DNA of 64,000 bases from an uncultured Bacillota bacterium (GTDB lineage: Bacteria > Sysuimicrobiota > Sysuimicrobiia > Sysuimicrobiales > Segetimicrobiaceae), in contig CAWDRG010000009.1 in the NCBI GenBank assembly GCA_963804645.1, forward strand, positions 1,280,001-1,344,000, read 5' to 3'. The notes under the pieces are model-generated. The model made no database searches. It had not been told where the DNA came from and saw only the letters and a program-made list of their open reading frames with translations. The number at the start of each line of letters is the position of its first letter. Position 1 is the stretch's first letter. The translations under genes and the position numbers were made by a program. Positions 1-8,974 of this stretch are shown in pieces.

Positions 1-405
1 TGCACCCCGCCGCAGTTTGGCGGTCCACCACTGTGCGGGTCGGCTACCGCCCCCAGCATTCAACTATTTGATCGCAACTTTGCCGCCAATACAGGGACCG
101 TTATTGGTCAGGCTCCGCTGGTCACCAGCAATCAACAGATCCTCTTTGAGCTTTCCCATCCTACTCCCGGGACACCCGATGTCTTCGGATCGTATGCCTA
201 CGTGAACGGAGGCGTCGAAGGTCCCTTGACGCCTCTCGGGGACTATACCGGCCTGTTCCAGGGCCTGAACTACACTCAACCAGGCTTTACACAGTTGACT
301 GTTACCCCTGAGCCGTCATCGCTTATGCTACTGGCCTCATCGATCCCAAGCGTTCTTGGGTTTGCGTGGCTCAGGCGTCGGAAGGCGGCTGGCTGCCGGT
401 CCTAG
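1..405 (+). CDS. PEP-CTERM sorting domain protein, 5'-truncated by the window edge
   Basis: Frame +1 is open from base 1 to TAG at 403-405. C-terminus VTPEPSSLMLLASSIPSVLGFAWLRRRK has the PEP motif, a hydrophobic helix and a basic cluster. Confidence 0.85.
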   Translation, partial: CTPPQFGGPPLCGSATAPSIQLFDRNFAANTGTVIGQAPLVTSNQQILFELSHPTPGTPDVFGSYAYVNGGVEGPLTPLGDYTGLFQGLNYTQPGFTQLTVTPEPSSLMLLASSIPSVLGFAWLRRRKAAGCRS

Positions 406-662
406 ATCAAGACACGGACTTGAGACCGTATTGGCGCCGGGCAACGTGCCGCTTGTTCCTGCGGGCGGCGCGCCCCGGCGCTGCACTGCCGAACGTGTTT
501 ACTCCGTGGGTGAGAATCTACTCGATGGACTTCCGCCGAGTTCACCAATCGATCCCGTCGGGCGTGCCATATTTTTCACGGGTTTCGGAGCCAGCGCGTG
601 TTGGTGTTCGGCCAGTCCTGATACCGGATTGATAACGGGAGTGGGCAGATGGGGGGACGTTC

Positions 663-1004
663 TTGAAGCGACGAGTCGCCGATAGTCCGCTTCGAAAGGC
701 CACCACGATCCGACTCGCCGGCAGCCTGTTTGTGAAGTTTCTCGCGCCAGATCCCAACCTCCCGATTTACCCGAACTCAGCGTTCAATCTGAAAGTCAGG
801 ACCGTACCTAACGCCGCATGCGTTGCATCCCACGGCGCGCCTTTTGACGCCACGATTTCGCGGCCGAAACAAAACGCGGACAAAAGCGGGCATGTCGCGT
901 GGTTTGTCAAGAACGGGAGTGCGAGCGGCTTGCGCACCGTGACGGTCACCTGCACCCAAAGCGGTAAGAAAGGCATACTGTACTTCTCCTGGGTTACCGC
1001 GTGA
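663..1004 (+). CDS. Small beta-rich hypothetical protein, paralog of 1927-2307, no signal peptide
   Basis: LKVRTVPNAAC...NADKSGHVAWFVK...GLRTVTVTC aligns by eye with LVVQTQTGTTC...QADDQGKVTWAWK...GHRTVHVFC. Start codon uncertain. Confidence 0.55.
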   Translation: MKRRVADSPLRKATTIRLAGSLFVKFLAPDPNLPIYPNSAFNLKVRTVPNAACVASHGAPFDATISRPKQNADKSGHVAWFVKNGSASGLRTVTVTCTQSGKKGILYFSWVTA

Positions 1005-1280
1005 CGGCACGGGGACGACAAACCGGGGAAGTAGCGCAGGGCAGCGGCTCAGGGCACGGGATTCTAGAATCGCGAAGCGTCCGACAGATGCTTGGTGGAC
1101 CTCCAACGCGTGCTGGTGTTCAGCCGTTCCCGCAGCACGGATGGATCGTTGGACCCGAATCAACCGTGAGAAAGGGAAGACCTACCTCATATTCTGCCCG
1201 TGCAGTGGATCCCGCAGGAGAGTTAGGCCCGAGATCGATCAGGGAGGAGCGCAGGGGGAAATGCGGAAACCTCCGCCGGG

Positions 1281-1673
1281 ATGCTGTCTATTGGACCTCC
1301 GGGTTGGGTGGTGACATCGTGTCACGGAGGGGCGTGCGTGTGCCCTTCGGTCCCGACGCACTATCCAGATTGCTTCCTTATCTGGGGGTGGATCGTCCTG
1401 CTACTGGTGACCGCCCTCCTGCTCGTCGCGTTCGGGTTCTCCGTACGCTCGCGCTTTCTGACGCCCCCCGCATCGCTGAGCGCGTCTCAACGACTGCAGC
1501 GCCAACGGAGTTTTTGGATCGTCATGTTCGGGGTGATCATCGGGCAAGGCGTCGTCATCCTGGCGACGCATCAATCCGTGAATTCCTACGTCACGCTGCT
1601 GGTCCTGGCCGCCGCTGTAGGCATTGCCTACGTCATGTGGTCGCGCTCCCTTAGACGCCGGAAACCATTATAG
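1281..1673 (+). CDS. Small membrane protein (about 3 TM helices), start uncertain
   Basis: Three hydrophobic segments (WIVLLLVTALLLVAFGF; FWIVMFGVIIGQGVVILA; YVTLLVLAAAVGIAYVMW) and a basic tail. Confidence 0.5.
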   Translation: MLSIGPPGWVVTSCHGGACVCPSVPTHYPDCFLIWGWIVLLLVTALLLVAFGFSVRSRFLTPPASLSASQRLQRQRSFWIVMFGVIIGQGVVILATHQSVNSYVTLLVLAAAVGIAYVMWSRSLRRRKPL

Positions 1674-1868
1674 ACGGGTGGCGTGTAGACGTCCGAGCCG
1701 AGAGGTCCGAGCGTCTCTTGTTTCATCCGGGCGCCGCGACTAAACGTCGTCTATTAGCCCCAGGGTCGGGCCGCTCTACAACAGCCTTCGGGTAGCCGGG
1801 TTCAAATCTCGAGCGCACCGATGGTCGAGTCCCGGCGACACGCGGTCTGTCAGATTCGTTCTGACCCC

Positions 1869-1909
1869 ATGAAGTGTGAGGGCCCAGACGGAGTCCGGGC
1901 CCCTTTCAT
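1869..1909. terminator. Hairpin between convergent genes, possible terminator
   Basis: GGGCCC (1880-1885) pairs with GGGCCC (1897-1902); outer ATGAA/TTCAT pairing; lies just downstream of the minus-strand gene ending at 1927. Confidence 0.35.
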
Positions 1910-1926
1910 CGTCGGCTCGCCCGACG

Positions 1927-2307
1927 CTACTGGACGTCGTATCCCACCTCCAGGCCCACGGTGCCGGACGCGTTCTTGCAGAATACGTGAACCGTCCGAT
2001 GCCCCTTCGGGAAGTTCATGCCGAGTTTCCACGCCCAGGTCACTTTGCCTTGGTCATCAGCTTGGACGTTGGGCAGATGGTACTCTGACGGGGCTCCGCC
2101 CTTGGCGCTTCCGCCGGGTTGCGCACCCTGGATGTCACCCGAACACGTCGTTCCAGTCTGCGTCTGCACAACGAGCTGTTGGGAACCTCCGGATGCGATC
2201 GGCGATACAATCGATACGAGCGTGACCGTGAGCGCATCGGCAAAGCTTGGCCCCACCGCGACGGTGACAGCCGCGAAGATCGTGAACACGACAGCGAGTG
2301 CACGCAC
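1927..2307 (-). CDS. Secreted small beta-sandwich (Ig-like) hypothetical protein
   Basis: Signal peptide MRALAVVFTIFAAVTVAVGPSFA; AGGAGG RBS upstream; two Cys; ADxxGxVxWxW motif. Confidence 0.75.
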   Translation of the reverse strand: MRALAVVFTIFAAVTVAVGPSFADALTVTLVSIVSPIASGGSQQLVVQTQTGTTCSGDIQGAQPGGSAKGGAPSEYHLPNVQADDQGKVTWAWKLGMNFPKGHRTVHVFCKNASGTVGLEVGYDVQ

Positions 2308-3016
2308 GCCAGTCCCTCCTTATGTGCCGTTTGCGAGCGGGCCTCTATTCGGCTCGCGCGGGGACTCCTCCTTGCGGACATCGCATGATCCCGGCAACGT
2401 CGACCGCGGGGTGCTGGTCGACCTCGCGGCTCGATCGTATGGAGGGAATCAACTGAGTCTGAAGAACGAGGCGATAGCCGCACACAGGATCGGGCGCGCG
2501 ACGTTCACAACCTGGCGTGCGCTGCGTACGGGAGGCATATGATGACAGCTTCTCGGAAGAGCAAGCGGAAGGCTGTCGCGGCGAGTGGCCGCAGCACAGC
2601 ACGCCCGCCCGGAGGAGCCGCGTGGCGTCGACCGCCCGCGCGGCGAAGGCCAAGCCGGCGATTCTGATCAATGAGAAATCCGTGCGGTCGCGCCCACGTC
2701 CGGCGCGGAAGCGCCGCCCGTAACGAGACCACACGCCGAGAATCGTCGCCGCCTGGCTCATGGTATTTCAATCGCGGCGATATCTATCGTCTCGACCGCT
2801 CCCACGTCTCTGCACACTCGCCTTCGCGACCGCCGCGTCGGCGGTGTTCTTGGGGCGTTTTGTTCGACGATCGGCGGCATGATGTCGTCTGGGGCACGCC
2901 GCGTGACTCTGCGGGTGGGCTCGTGACGGTGCGTGGCTTCGCGGCTGTCGGAGGTGCGCGCCCCGGGGCATGGTCCGCCGTCTCCGAAGCGGTCGTGAGA
3001 GGTCGTACGGGAGGAG

Positions 3017-3379
3017 ATGATGCCGATGGGCGTTGGTGGGATCGCGATGTGGTACATTCAGTCGATCTACGCGGAGAACGAGGACTTTTCGTTCACGCAT
3101 GATATCGAGTTCGCTCCCTCCAGCATCGGGGCCACCGGGTTCGGGAACTACCTGATGGTGAGCGGATCGCCAAACTACTACTATATTGGCGTCAGCGAGT
3201 ACCGCACCCGCGACCCCGAGACCGGCGTGGATACCGTCCACACCTTCGGGACGAGTTACGGCACCGTCGCGCCGGCGTTCTTCGATAACAACGTGGACAG
3301 CGTGACCTACGCGATCGGCCTCGGGAATTCCAACTGGGTGTGGATCAACGTGACGATGCAGCTGTTCTTCTTCGACTAG
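3017..3379 (+). CDS. Hypothetical protein, acidic and aromatic-rich, beta-rich
   Basis: GGAGGAG RBS directly upstream; GC3-biased codons; 10 bp from the next gene. Confidence 0.75.
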   Translation: MMPMGVGGIAMWYIQSIYAENEDFSFTHDIEFAPSSIGATGFGNYLMVSGSPNYYYIGVSEYRTRDPETGVDTVHTFGTSYGTVAPAFFDNNVDSVTYAIGLGNSNWVWINVTMQLFFFD

Positions 3380-3389
3380 GGGGCGCGCC

Positions 3390-3707
3390 ATGATGATGAT
3401 GGGGCACGGGAAAATCATTGCTCCGGAGGCGAGCTCGATCTGCGTGCTGTACGATCCGGCGGATGGCCGGATTCTCCACATGCATCGGGTGACGACGCTG
3501 CCCGGCGGCCGCAGGATGGACGCGAAAGCAATCGAGGCGCGCGCGTTCGAGCTTGCCAAGCAATGCGGCGCGGACGTGTCTCGGGCGCACGCGCTGCAGG
3601 TCGATCCGCGGGACGTCACGCCGAGTGTGCCTCACCGGGTGGATGTGCGGACACGGCGCCTCGTGGTGCGGCCGGGCGGCATCCCGTCCAAGTGGGGGCG
3701 CGGTTGA
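3390..3707 (+). CDS. Hypothetical protein, basic
   Basis: Follows the previous gene by 10 bp; protein-like pattern ICVLYDPADGRILHMH...HRVDVRTRRLVV. Confidence 0.65.
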   Translation: MMMMGHGKIIAPEASSICVLYDPADGRILHMHRVTTLPGGRRMDAKAIEARAFELAKQCGADVSRAHALQVDPRDVTPSVPHRVDVRTRRLVVRPGGIPSKWGRG

Positions 3708-3870
3708 TCCACGCGACCCCGCTCGCGGGCGACGAACCGAACGGGCGGAACACCCAGGAAGTCCCGGCGGCGCATCTCGAACACGATCCGGCGTGCGTGT
3801 GGGTCGCCGTGGGCGGCGGCCGCGCGGCACTGCGGCGCGTGGTCGAGAACCCGGGTATTGGGGGAGCGTA

Positions 3871-5625
3871 ATGGCAGACGCGTCGAGCCTGCAGCCTTGG
3901 CGAGTGGATCAGATCGGCGGCATGACGGTGGAATGGGATCTTGGCATTCCGATGGACGACGGCCTCGTGCTCCGCGCCGACGTATTCCGCCCCGCGGCGC
4001 GGGGCCGGTACCCCGTGATCCTGACCTACGGACCGTACGCGAAGGGCCTGCCGTTCCAAGAGGGGTATCCCGATCAGTGGCGGCGTCTCAGCCAGAACCA
4101 TCCGGAGGTGTGCCGCGGCTCGACGTGCCGTTTCCAGACCTGGGAGGCGGTTGATCCTGAGAAGTGGGTACCGGACGGCTATGTTTGCGTGCGCGTCGAT
4201 TCGCGGGGCGCAGGTCGCTCGCCGGGTTTCTTGGATCCGTTCTCGCCGCGCGAGACCCGGGATTTCTACCTGTGCATCGAATGGGCGGCGGAGCAGCCCT
4301 GGAGCACGGGAAAGATCGGGCTGCTCGGAATCTCCTACTACGCCATCAATCAGTGGCACGTGGCCGCGCTGCGCCCGCCGCACCTGGTCGCGATGTGCCC
4401 CTGGGAGGGGGCCGCGGAGTGGTACCGGGACATGACGCGGCACGGGGGGATCAAGACGACGTTTTGGGACAACTGGATGACGAAGCAGGTGGTGACCGTG
4501 CAGCACGGTCGCGGCGACCGGGGGCCGCGTGACCCGAATACCGGTCTGACGGTGGCCGGCCCGGAGACGCTGTCGGAGGAGGCGCTCGCCGCGAACCGCG
4601 CCGATCTGCGGCGTGCCGTCCTGTCGCATCCGCTCGACGACGCCTATCACCGGGAGCGGTCTCCGGATTGGACGCGCGTCACGGTCCCGTTTCTTTCCGC
4701 GTCCAATTGGGGCGGGCAGGGGCTGCACCCGCGCGGGAACGTCGAGGGATTCGTGCGGGCGGCCAGCGCGGAGAAGTGGCTCGAGGTGCACGGGTTGGAG
4801 CACTGGACGCACTTCTATACGGACTACGGGGTGGCGCTGCAGAAGCGGTTCTTCGATCACTACCTCAGAGGCATCGACAACGGCTGGCAGGACCAGCCGA
4901 AGGTGCTCCTGCAGGTGCGTCATCTGGACCGGTTCGTGCCCCGGACGGAAGACGCGTGGCCGATTCCGCGTACGCGGTGGACGCGCTTCTATCTCGACGC
5001 CGCGGGCTCGGCGTTGTCGCGCGAGACGGTCCCGGCGGGCGCCTCGGCCGAGTTCGAGGCGCTGGGGGAGGGCGTCACGCTGTCGTCTGCGCCGCTCGAG
5101 CGCGACACCGAGCTCACGGGGCCGGCGGCGGCGAAGCTGTTCGTGTCGTCGAGCACGGTCGACGCGGACATCTTCGTCGTGCTGCGCGTGTTCGACCCCC
5201 AAGGCGGCGAGGTCGACTTTCAAGGGGCGCTCGATCCGCACACGCCGATCGGCAACGGGTGGCTCAGGGCGTCGCACCGGCGGCTCGACCCCGACCTGTC
5301 CACGCCGTGGCGCCCATACCACAGTCACGACCGGGCGGAGCCGCTCGTCCCGGGGCAGGTCTACGAGCTCGACGTTGAGATCTGGCCGACCAGCCTCGTC
5401 GTGCCGCGGGGCTACCGGATCGCGCTCACGATCCTGGGGAAAGATCTTGAACGGCCCGGTCCCGGCCTGCAGATCAAGAGCTTCGCCGCGCCCTTCCGAG
5501 GGTCCGGGCCGTTCCTTCACACCGATCCCGAAGATCGTCCGGCCGCCGTCTTTGGCGGGCGGACCACGCTCCACACCGGCGGCGCGCACCCCTCGTTTCT
5601 GCTGCTGCCCGTGATCCCCAATTAA
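3871..5625 (+). CDS. CocE/NonD family serine hydrolase (Xaa-Pro dipeptidyl-peptidase-like fold)
   Basis: IPMDDG-LRADVFRP, YGPYAK, VDSRGAGRSPG, nucleophile motif GISY, C-terminal beta domain ending SFLLLPVIP. ATG 3871 follows GGGGAG. Confidence 0.9.
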   Translation: MADASSLQPWRVDQIGGMTVEWDLGIPMDDGLVLRADVFRPAARGRYPVILTYGPYAKGLPFQEGYPDQWRRLSQNHPEVCRGSTCRFQTWEAVDPEKWVPDGYVCVRVDSRGAGRSPGFLDPFSPRETRDFYLCIEWAAEQPWSTGKIGLLGISYYAINQWHVAALRPPHLVAMCPWEGAAEWYRDMTRHGGIKTTFWDNWMTKQVVTVQHGRGDRGPRDPNTGLTVAGPETLSEEALAANRADLRRAVLSHPLDDAYHRERSPDWTRVTVPFLSASNWGGQGLHPRGNVEGFVRAASAEKWLEVHGLEHWTHFYTDYGVALQKRFFDHYLRGIDNGWQDQPKVLLQVRHLDRFVPRTEDAWPIPRTRWTRFYLDAAGSALSRETVPAGASAEFEALGEGVTLSSAPLERDTELTGPAAAKLFVSSSTVDADIFVVLRVFDPQGGEVDFQGALDPHTPIGNGWLRASHRRLDPDLSTPWRPYHSHDRAEPLVPGQVYELDVEIWPTSLVVPRGYRIALTILGKDLERPGPGLQIKSFAAPFRGSGPFLHTDPEDRPAAVFGGRTTLHTGGAHPSFLLLPVIPN

Positions 5626-5636
5626 GGCGGTGTGAG

Positions 5637-6608
5637 ATGGATGAGGCGTTGATTCCGAGCGCGTCGCAGGTGCCCCGGTTTTCCGGAATTCGGACGTTCA
5701 TGCGTCTGCCGTACGTGCCGCGGGTCGAGACGTTTCGTCCAGACGTCGCGATCATCGGCATTCCGTTCGACACCGGGGCGAGTTTTCGTCCCGGCGCCCG
5801 CTTCGGCCCGTCGGCGATCAGGGACATCTCCGTGCTGCTGCGGCCGTCCAACCAGTTTCACAAGGTCAACGCCCTCGAACGGCTGCGGGTCGCGGACGCC
5901 GGCGACGCGCTCGCCATCCCCGGCGAGATCGCGCGCACCTATGAGAACGTCGCGCGGCAGTGGGCGGAGCTCGCGAACGCGGGCATCATCCCGATCGCGC
6001 TCGGGGGCGACCACTCGATTACGCTGGGCGAGCTGCGCGGATTGACGCAGAAGTACGGCCCGCTCGCGCTCGTGCATTTTGACGCGCACACGGACACCTG
6101 GGACAATTACTGGGGGGTGCGATACACGCACGGGACCCCGTTTCGGCGCGCGTGCGAGGAGGGGCTGCTGGATACCGCGCATTCGATTCAGGTAGGTCTG
6201 CGCGGCAGCGAGTACGCCCCGACCGACTTGGACGACGTGAGGCAGCTCGGGTTTCAAGCGCTGCTCGCGCAGGATCTGCTGTCGCTGACGCCGGCCGAGG
6301 TGGCGGATACCGTCCGCCGGCGGGTCGACGGGCGTCGGGCGTTTTTCAGCTTTGACGTCGATTTCTTCGATCCCGCCTTCGCACCGGGCACCGGCACGCC
6401 GGAGGTCGGGGGCCCCACGAGCGCCTTCGGGCTGCAGACCGTGCGGCACCTCACCGGCATCGACTTCATCGGGTTCGACGTCGTGGAAGTCCTGCCGGCC
6501 CACGATGTCTCGGCCATCACCGCGCTGCTCGCGGCCAGCCTCGCGTTCGAGTTCTTGGCGCTCGTCGCGGTGCAGCGGGCGGCCGTGCCGTCGCGGGGCG
6601 CCGACTAA
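5637..6608 (+). CDS. speB: Agmatinase / ureohydrolase family protein
   Basis: GIPFD..RPGARFGP, GGDHS, DAHTD, HGTPF, SFDVDFFDPAFAPGTGTPE Mn-binding motifs. Exact substrate not resolvable. Confidence 0.85.
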   Translation: MDEALIPSASQVPRFSGIRTFMRLPYVPRVETFRPDVAIIGIPFDTGASFRPGARFGPSAIRDISVLLRPSNQFHKVNALERLRVADAGDALAIPGEIARTYENVARQWAELANAGIIPIALGGDHSITLGELRGLTQKYGPLALVHFDAHTDTWDNYWGVRYTHGTPFRRACEEGLLDTAHSIQVGLRGSEYAPTDLDDVRQLGFQALLAQDLLSLTPAEVADTVRRRVDGRRAFFSFDVDFFDPAFAPGTGTPEVGGPTSAFGLQTVRHLTGIDFIGFDVVEVLPAHDVSAITALLAASLAFEFLALVAVQRAAVPSRGAD

Positions 6609-6647
6609 GATAAAGCGGTCCGTCCGCCGCCCGGTCCGCGCGGGTCG

Positions 6648-7625
6648 CTAACGCGCGGCCGGGGGGACCGCGTTCACCACGTAGCGGGGCGCTTCGTTCG
6701 ACAGCGCCCGCACCACGTTTTCGACGGCTTTCCGCTGCAACTCGCGCACGGACTCCTCGGAGTAGAAGGCGACGTGGGGCGTCAGTACAAGCGTGTCGAG
6801 CGCGCGCACCGCCTCGAGATCGCGCGGCGGCTCGGTTTCGAGCACGTCGAGCGCCGCTCCGGCGATCCATCCCTCGCGCAGGGCGGTGACGAGGGCGTCG
6901 TGGGCCACGAGGGGCCCGCGCGAAGTGTTGATGAGATACGCGGTCGGCTTCATCGCCCGGAGCGCCGCTGCCCCGATGAGGCCGCGGGTCTCGGGGACGA
7001 GCGGTGCGTGGACGGAGACGAAGTCGGAGCGGGCGAGCAGGTCCTCGAGCGTGACCTTCTCGACGTGGGCCGCCGCCATGTCCTCGCCGCTCACGTACGG
7101 GTCGAACGCGATGACGTCGAGGCCCAACGCCTGCGCCTTGCCGGTGAGCCGGCGCGGGATCTTCCCAAATCCGATGAGCCCAAGCACCCGCCCCCGCAGC
7201 CGGTGCATGGGCGCCGCATCGCGCGCGTCCCAGCGCCCGTCCCGCACGTGACGGTCGAGGAGCGCGACCTTGCGGGCGCACGCGAACAGGAGCGCCAGGG
7301 CGTGGTCGCTGACCTCGTCGATGCAGTAATCCGGGACGTTTGTCACCGGGATGCCGCGCGCGGTGGCAGCCGCCACGTCGACGTTGTCGACGCCGATGCC
7401 GTAGCGGGCGATGATGCGGCACCGGGTGAGCCGTTCGATGACGCGTCCCGTGACCGGCGCATAGCAGACGAGGATCGCGTCCGCGTCCGCGACGTGGTCC
7501 ACGAGTTGGGCATCCGACGTCGCCTGCAGGGCGACGATGTTGACGCCCATTGGGTCCAGCAGCGCGTGTTCGATCTCGAGCGACGGAAACACGTGGTCTG
7601 TGACGACGACCTTGACTGGACTCAT
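6648..7625 (-). CDS. D-isomer-specific 2-hydroxyacid dehydrogenase (CtBP/SerA-like)
   Basis: YGIGVDNVD, NVPDYCIDEVSDH, GFGKI, INTSRG, LDVLETEP, TPHVAFYS. Confidence 0.9.
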   Translation of the reverse strand: MSPVKVVVTDHVFPSLEIEHALLDPMGVNIVALQATSDAQLVDHVADADAILVCYAPVTGRVIERLTRCRIIARYGIGVDNVDVAAATARGIPVTNVPDYCIDEVSDHALALLFACARKVALLDRHVRDGRWDARDAAPMHRLRGRVLGLIGFGKIPRRLTGKAQALGLDVIAFDPYVSGEDMAAAHVEKVTLEDLLARSDFVSVHAPLVPETRGLIGAAALRAMKPTAYLINTSRGPLVAHDALVTALREGWIAGAALDVLETEPPRDLEAVRALDTLVLTPHVAFYSEESVRELQRKAVENVVRALSNEAPRYVVNAVPPAAR

Positions 7626-7804
7626 GCTGGTGTCTTCTTAGTTTTGCCTCGCCCTTCCTGTACGTCGTGGTACCTGTGACGTCGGCCGGCGGGGTGGCCC
7701 GTTCCCGTGGCGACCGCGCCCCGCGCTGCGTTGGAAGGAGCGCCGGGGCCAAAGTGGAAGCCCTAGGGCAAATCGACACGCCTCGTTCCAGGAGGTCCGC
7801 TGTC

Positions 7805-8953
7805 GTGAGTCGCCGTCCCCGTGTTGTCCTGGCCCTCGTCGCGGCGATCGCCGGTCTGTGTGTCCTCACGGTGCCACTCTCGGCCGGCGCGGCGATCGCG
7901 CGGCCGACGAACCTGCGCCCGGTGCAAAGCAAAGCGGACTGCGCGGCGGCCTTGAGCCTGATGGCCGTCATCTGCGGGACCGCGGTCACAGAAGGCAAAC
8001 TCCAACTGATCTGGGACGAATCGGACAAGGGTGCAACCGGGTATAAGGTCTACGAGCTCGGGGCCGGCGGCCAGAAACTCTTGGGCACGTCGACGGCGCG
8101 GTACTACTTGGTCAACAGACCGTCAGAAGGCTACGCCAACCTCTGCTTCGCGGTCGCGGCGTCCGTCGGGAGCCGGGCCTCCGCGGAGAGCTCACGCTAT
8201 TGCTATGCGCCCGGCGCGACCGCGGTCACGCGGTCCTTTAAGCCCACTCACACGATTACACAAGTCGCCTGGACGACGCCCTCGGGTGTGGCGTGCAACG
8301 GCCTGACGGTCAACGCGCCCGAGCCCGGCTCCTTCTTTTTCCAGGGCGCGGACAAGGACTTCGGCTCCGCCTTCACGGCGTTCTTCCCGTGGCTGACCAA
8401 CGAATCGTCGACCTCGGGCCGGGTCGGCATCGGCGGCGTGTACGTCGGGAACGAGGCGGCAGTCATGCAGGTCAACGTGCAATCCGGGGCGTTTACGATC
8501 GTGAACTGCACCGTGGTGCAGGGCCAGCGCATCACGGCGCAGATTCACGCGCTCGGGGGCGCGGCGTTCAATCTCGGATCACTGGTCCATCATAAGCTGT
8601 ACTCGGCCAGCCTGACCCTCACCGTGTCGCAAACCGTGAACGTCGCGTCCAATAGAGCCACGGTGTCCAACGGTGGGTGGTGTCCGATCTTCATCGGGGC
8701 CGCGAATCGGGAGTGGTGGCTTTCGCCTCTCGGGAACCTGACCTACAACAACGCGGCGCGGATCAACGTCGTTTCCCAGCCGGCGGCCCCCATCGACGTG
8801 ACTTCGCTCGTCTCCGCCTGGGCGTCCGTCAGATACGCCAACAACTTTGGATTCATCGTGTCGAGTACCCTTCCGACTGGCGCGGTTCCCATCGTCAGCA
8901 ACGCCTGCCTCACGAAGTTTTCCACCCCGTCGCTGCAAGTTGTGTCCTTTTAG
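7805..8953 (+). CDS. Secreted Cys-rich protein; FN3-like N-terminal region and DNRLRE-like C-terminal region
   Basis: AGGAGG RBS then GTG at 7805; signal peptide; LIWD..GATGYKVY..CFAVAA (FN3-like); IDVTSLVSAW..NNFGFIV (DNRLRE-like). Confidence 0.65.
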   Translation: MSRRPRVVLALVAAIAGLCVLTVPLSAGAAIARPTNLRPVQSKADCAAALSLMAVICGTAVTEGKLQLIWDESDKGATGYKVYELGAGGQKLLGTSTARYYLVNRPSEGYANLCFAVAASVGSRASAESSRYCYAPGATAVTRSFKPTHTITQVAWTTPSGVACNGLTVNAPEPGSFFFQGADKDFGSAFTAFFPWLTNESSTSGRVGIGGVYVGNEAAVMQVNVQSGAFTIVNCTVVQGQRITAQIHALGGAAFNLGSLVHHKLYSASLTLTVSQTVNVASNRATVSNGGWCPIFIGAANREWWLSPLGNLTYNNAARINVVSQPAAPIDVTSLVSAWASVRYANNFGFIVSSTLPTGAVPIVSNACLTKFSTPSLQVVSF

Positions 8954-8974
8954 TCGCCGCGCCTCGCACGCCGC

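Noticed and set aside
1796..1820. tRNA T-arm-like word CCGGGTTCAAATCTCG as a possible tRNA or att remnant
   Set aside because: Imperfect stem, no D or anticodon arm, no CCA end, and no integrase in the window.
2345..2771. Hydrophobic peptide fragments in several minus-strand frames (possible decayed membrane gene)
   Set aside because: No consistent frame or recognisable family; cannot be supported.
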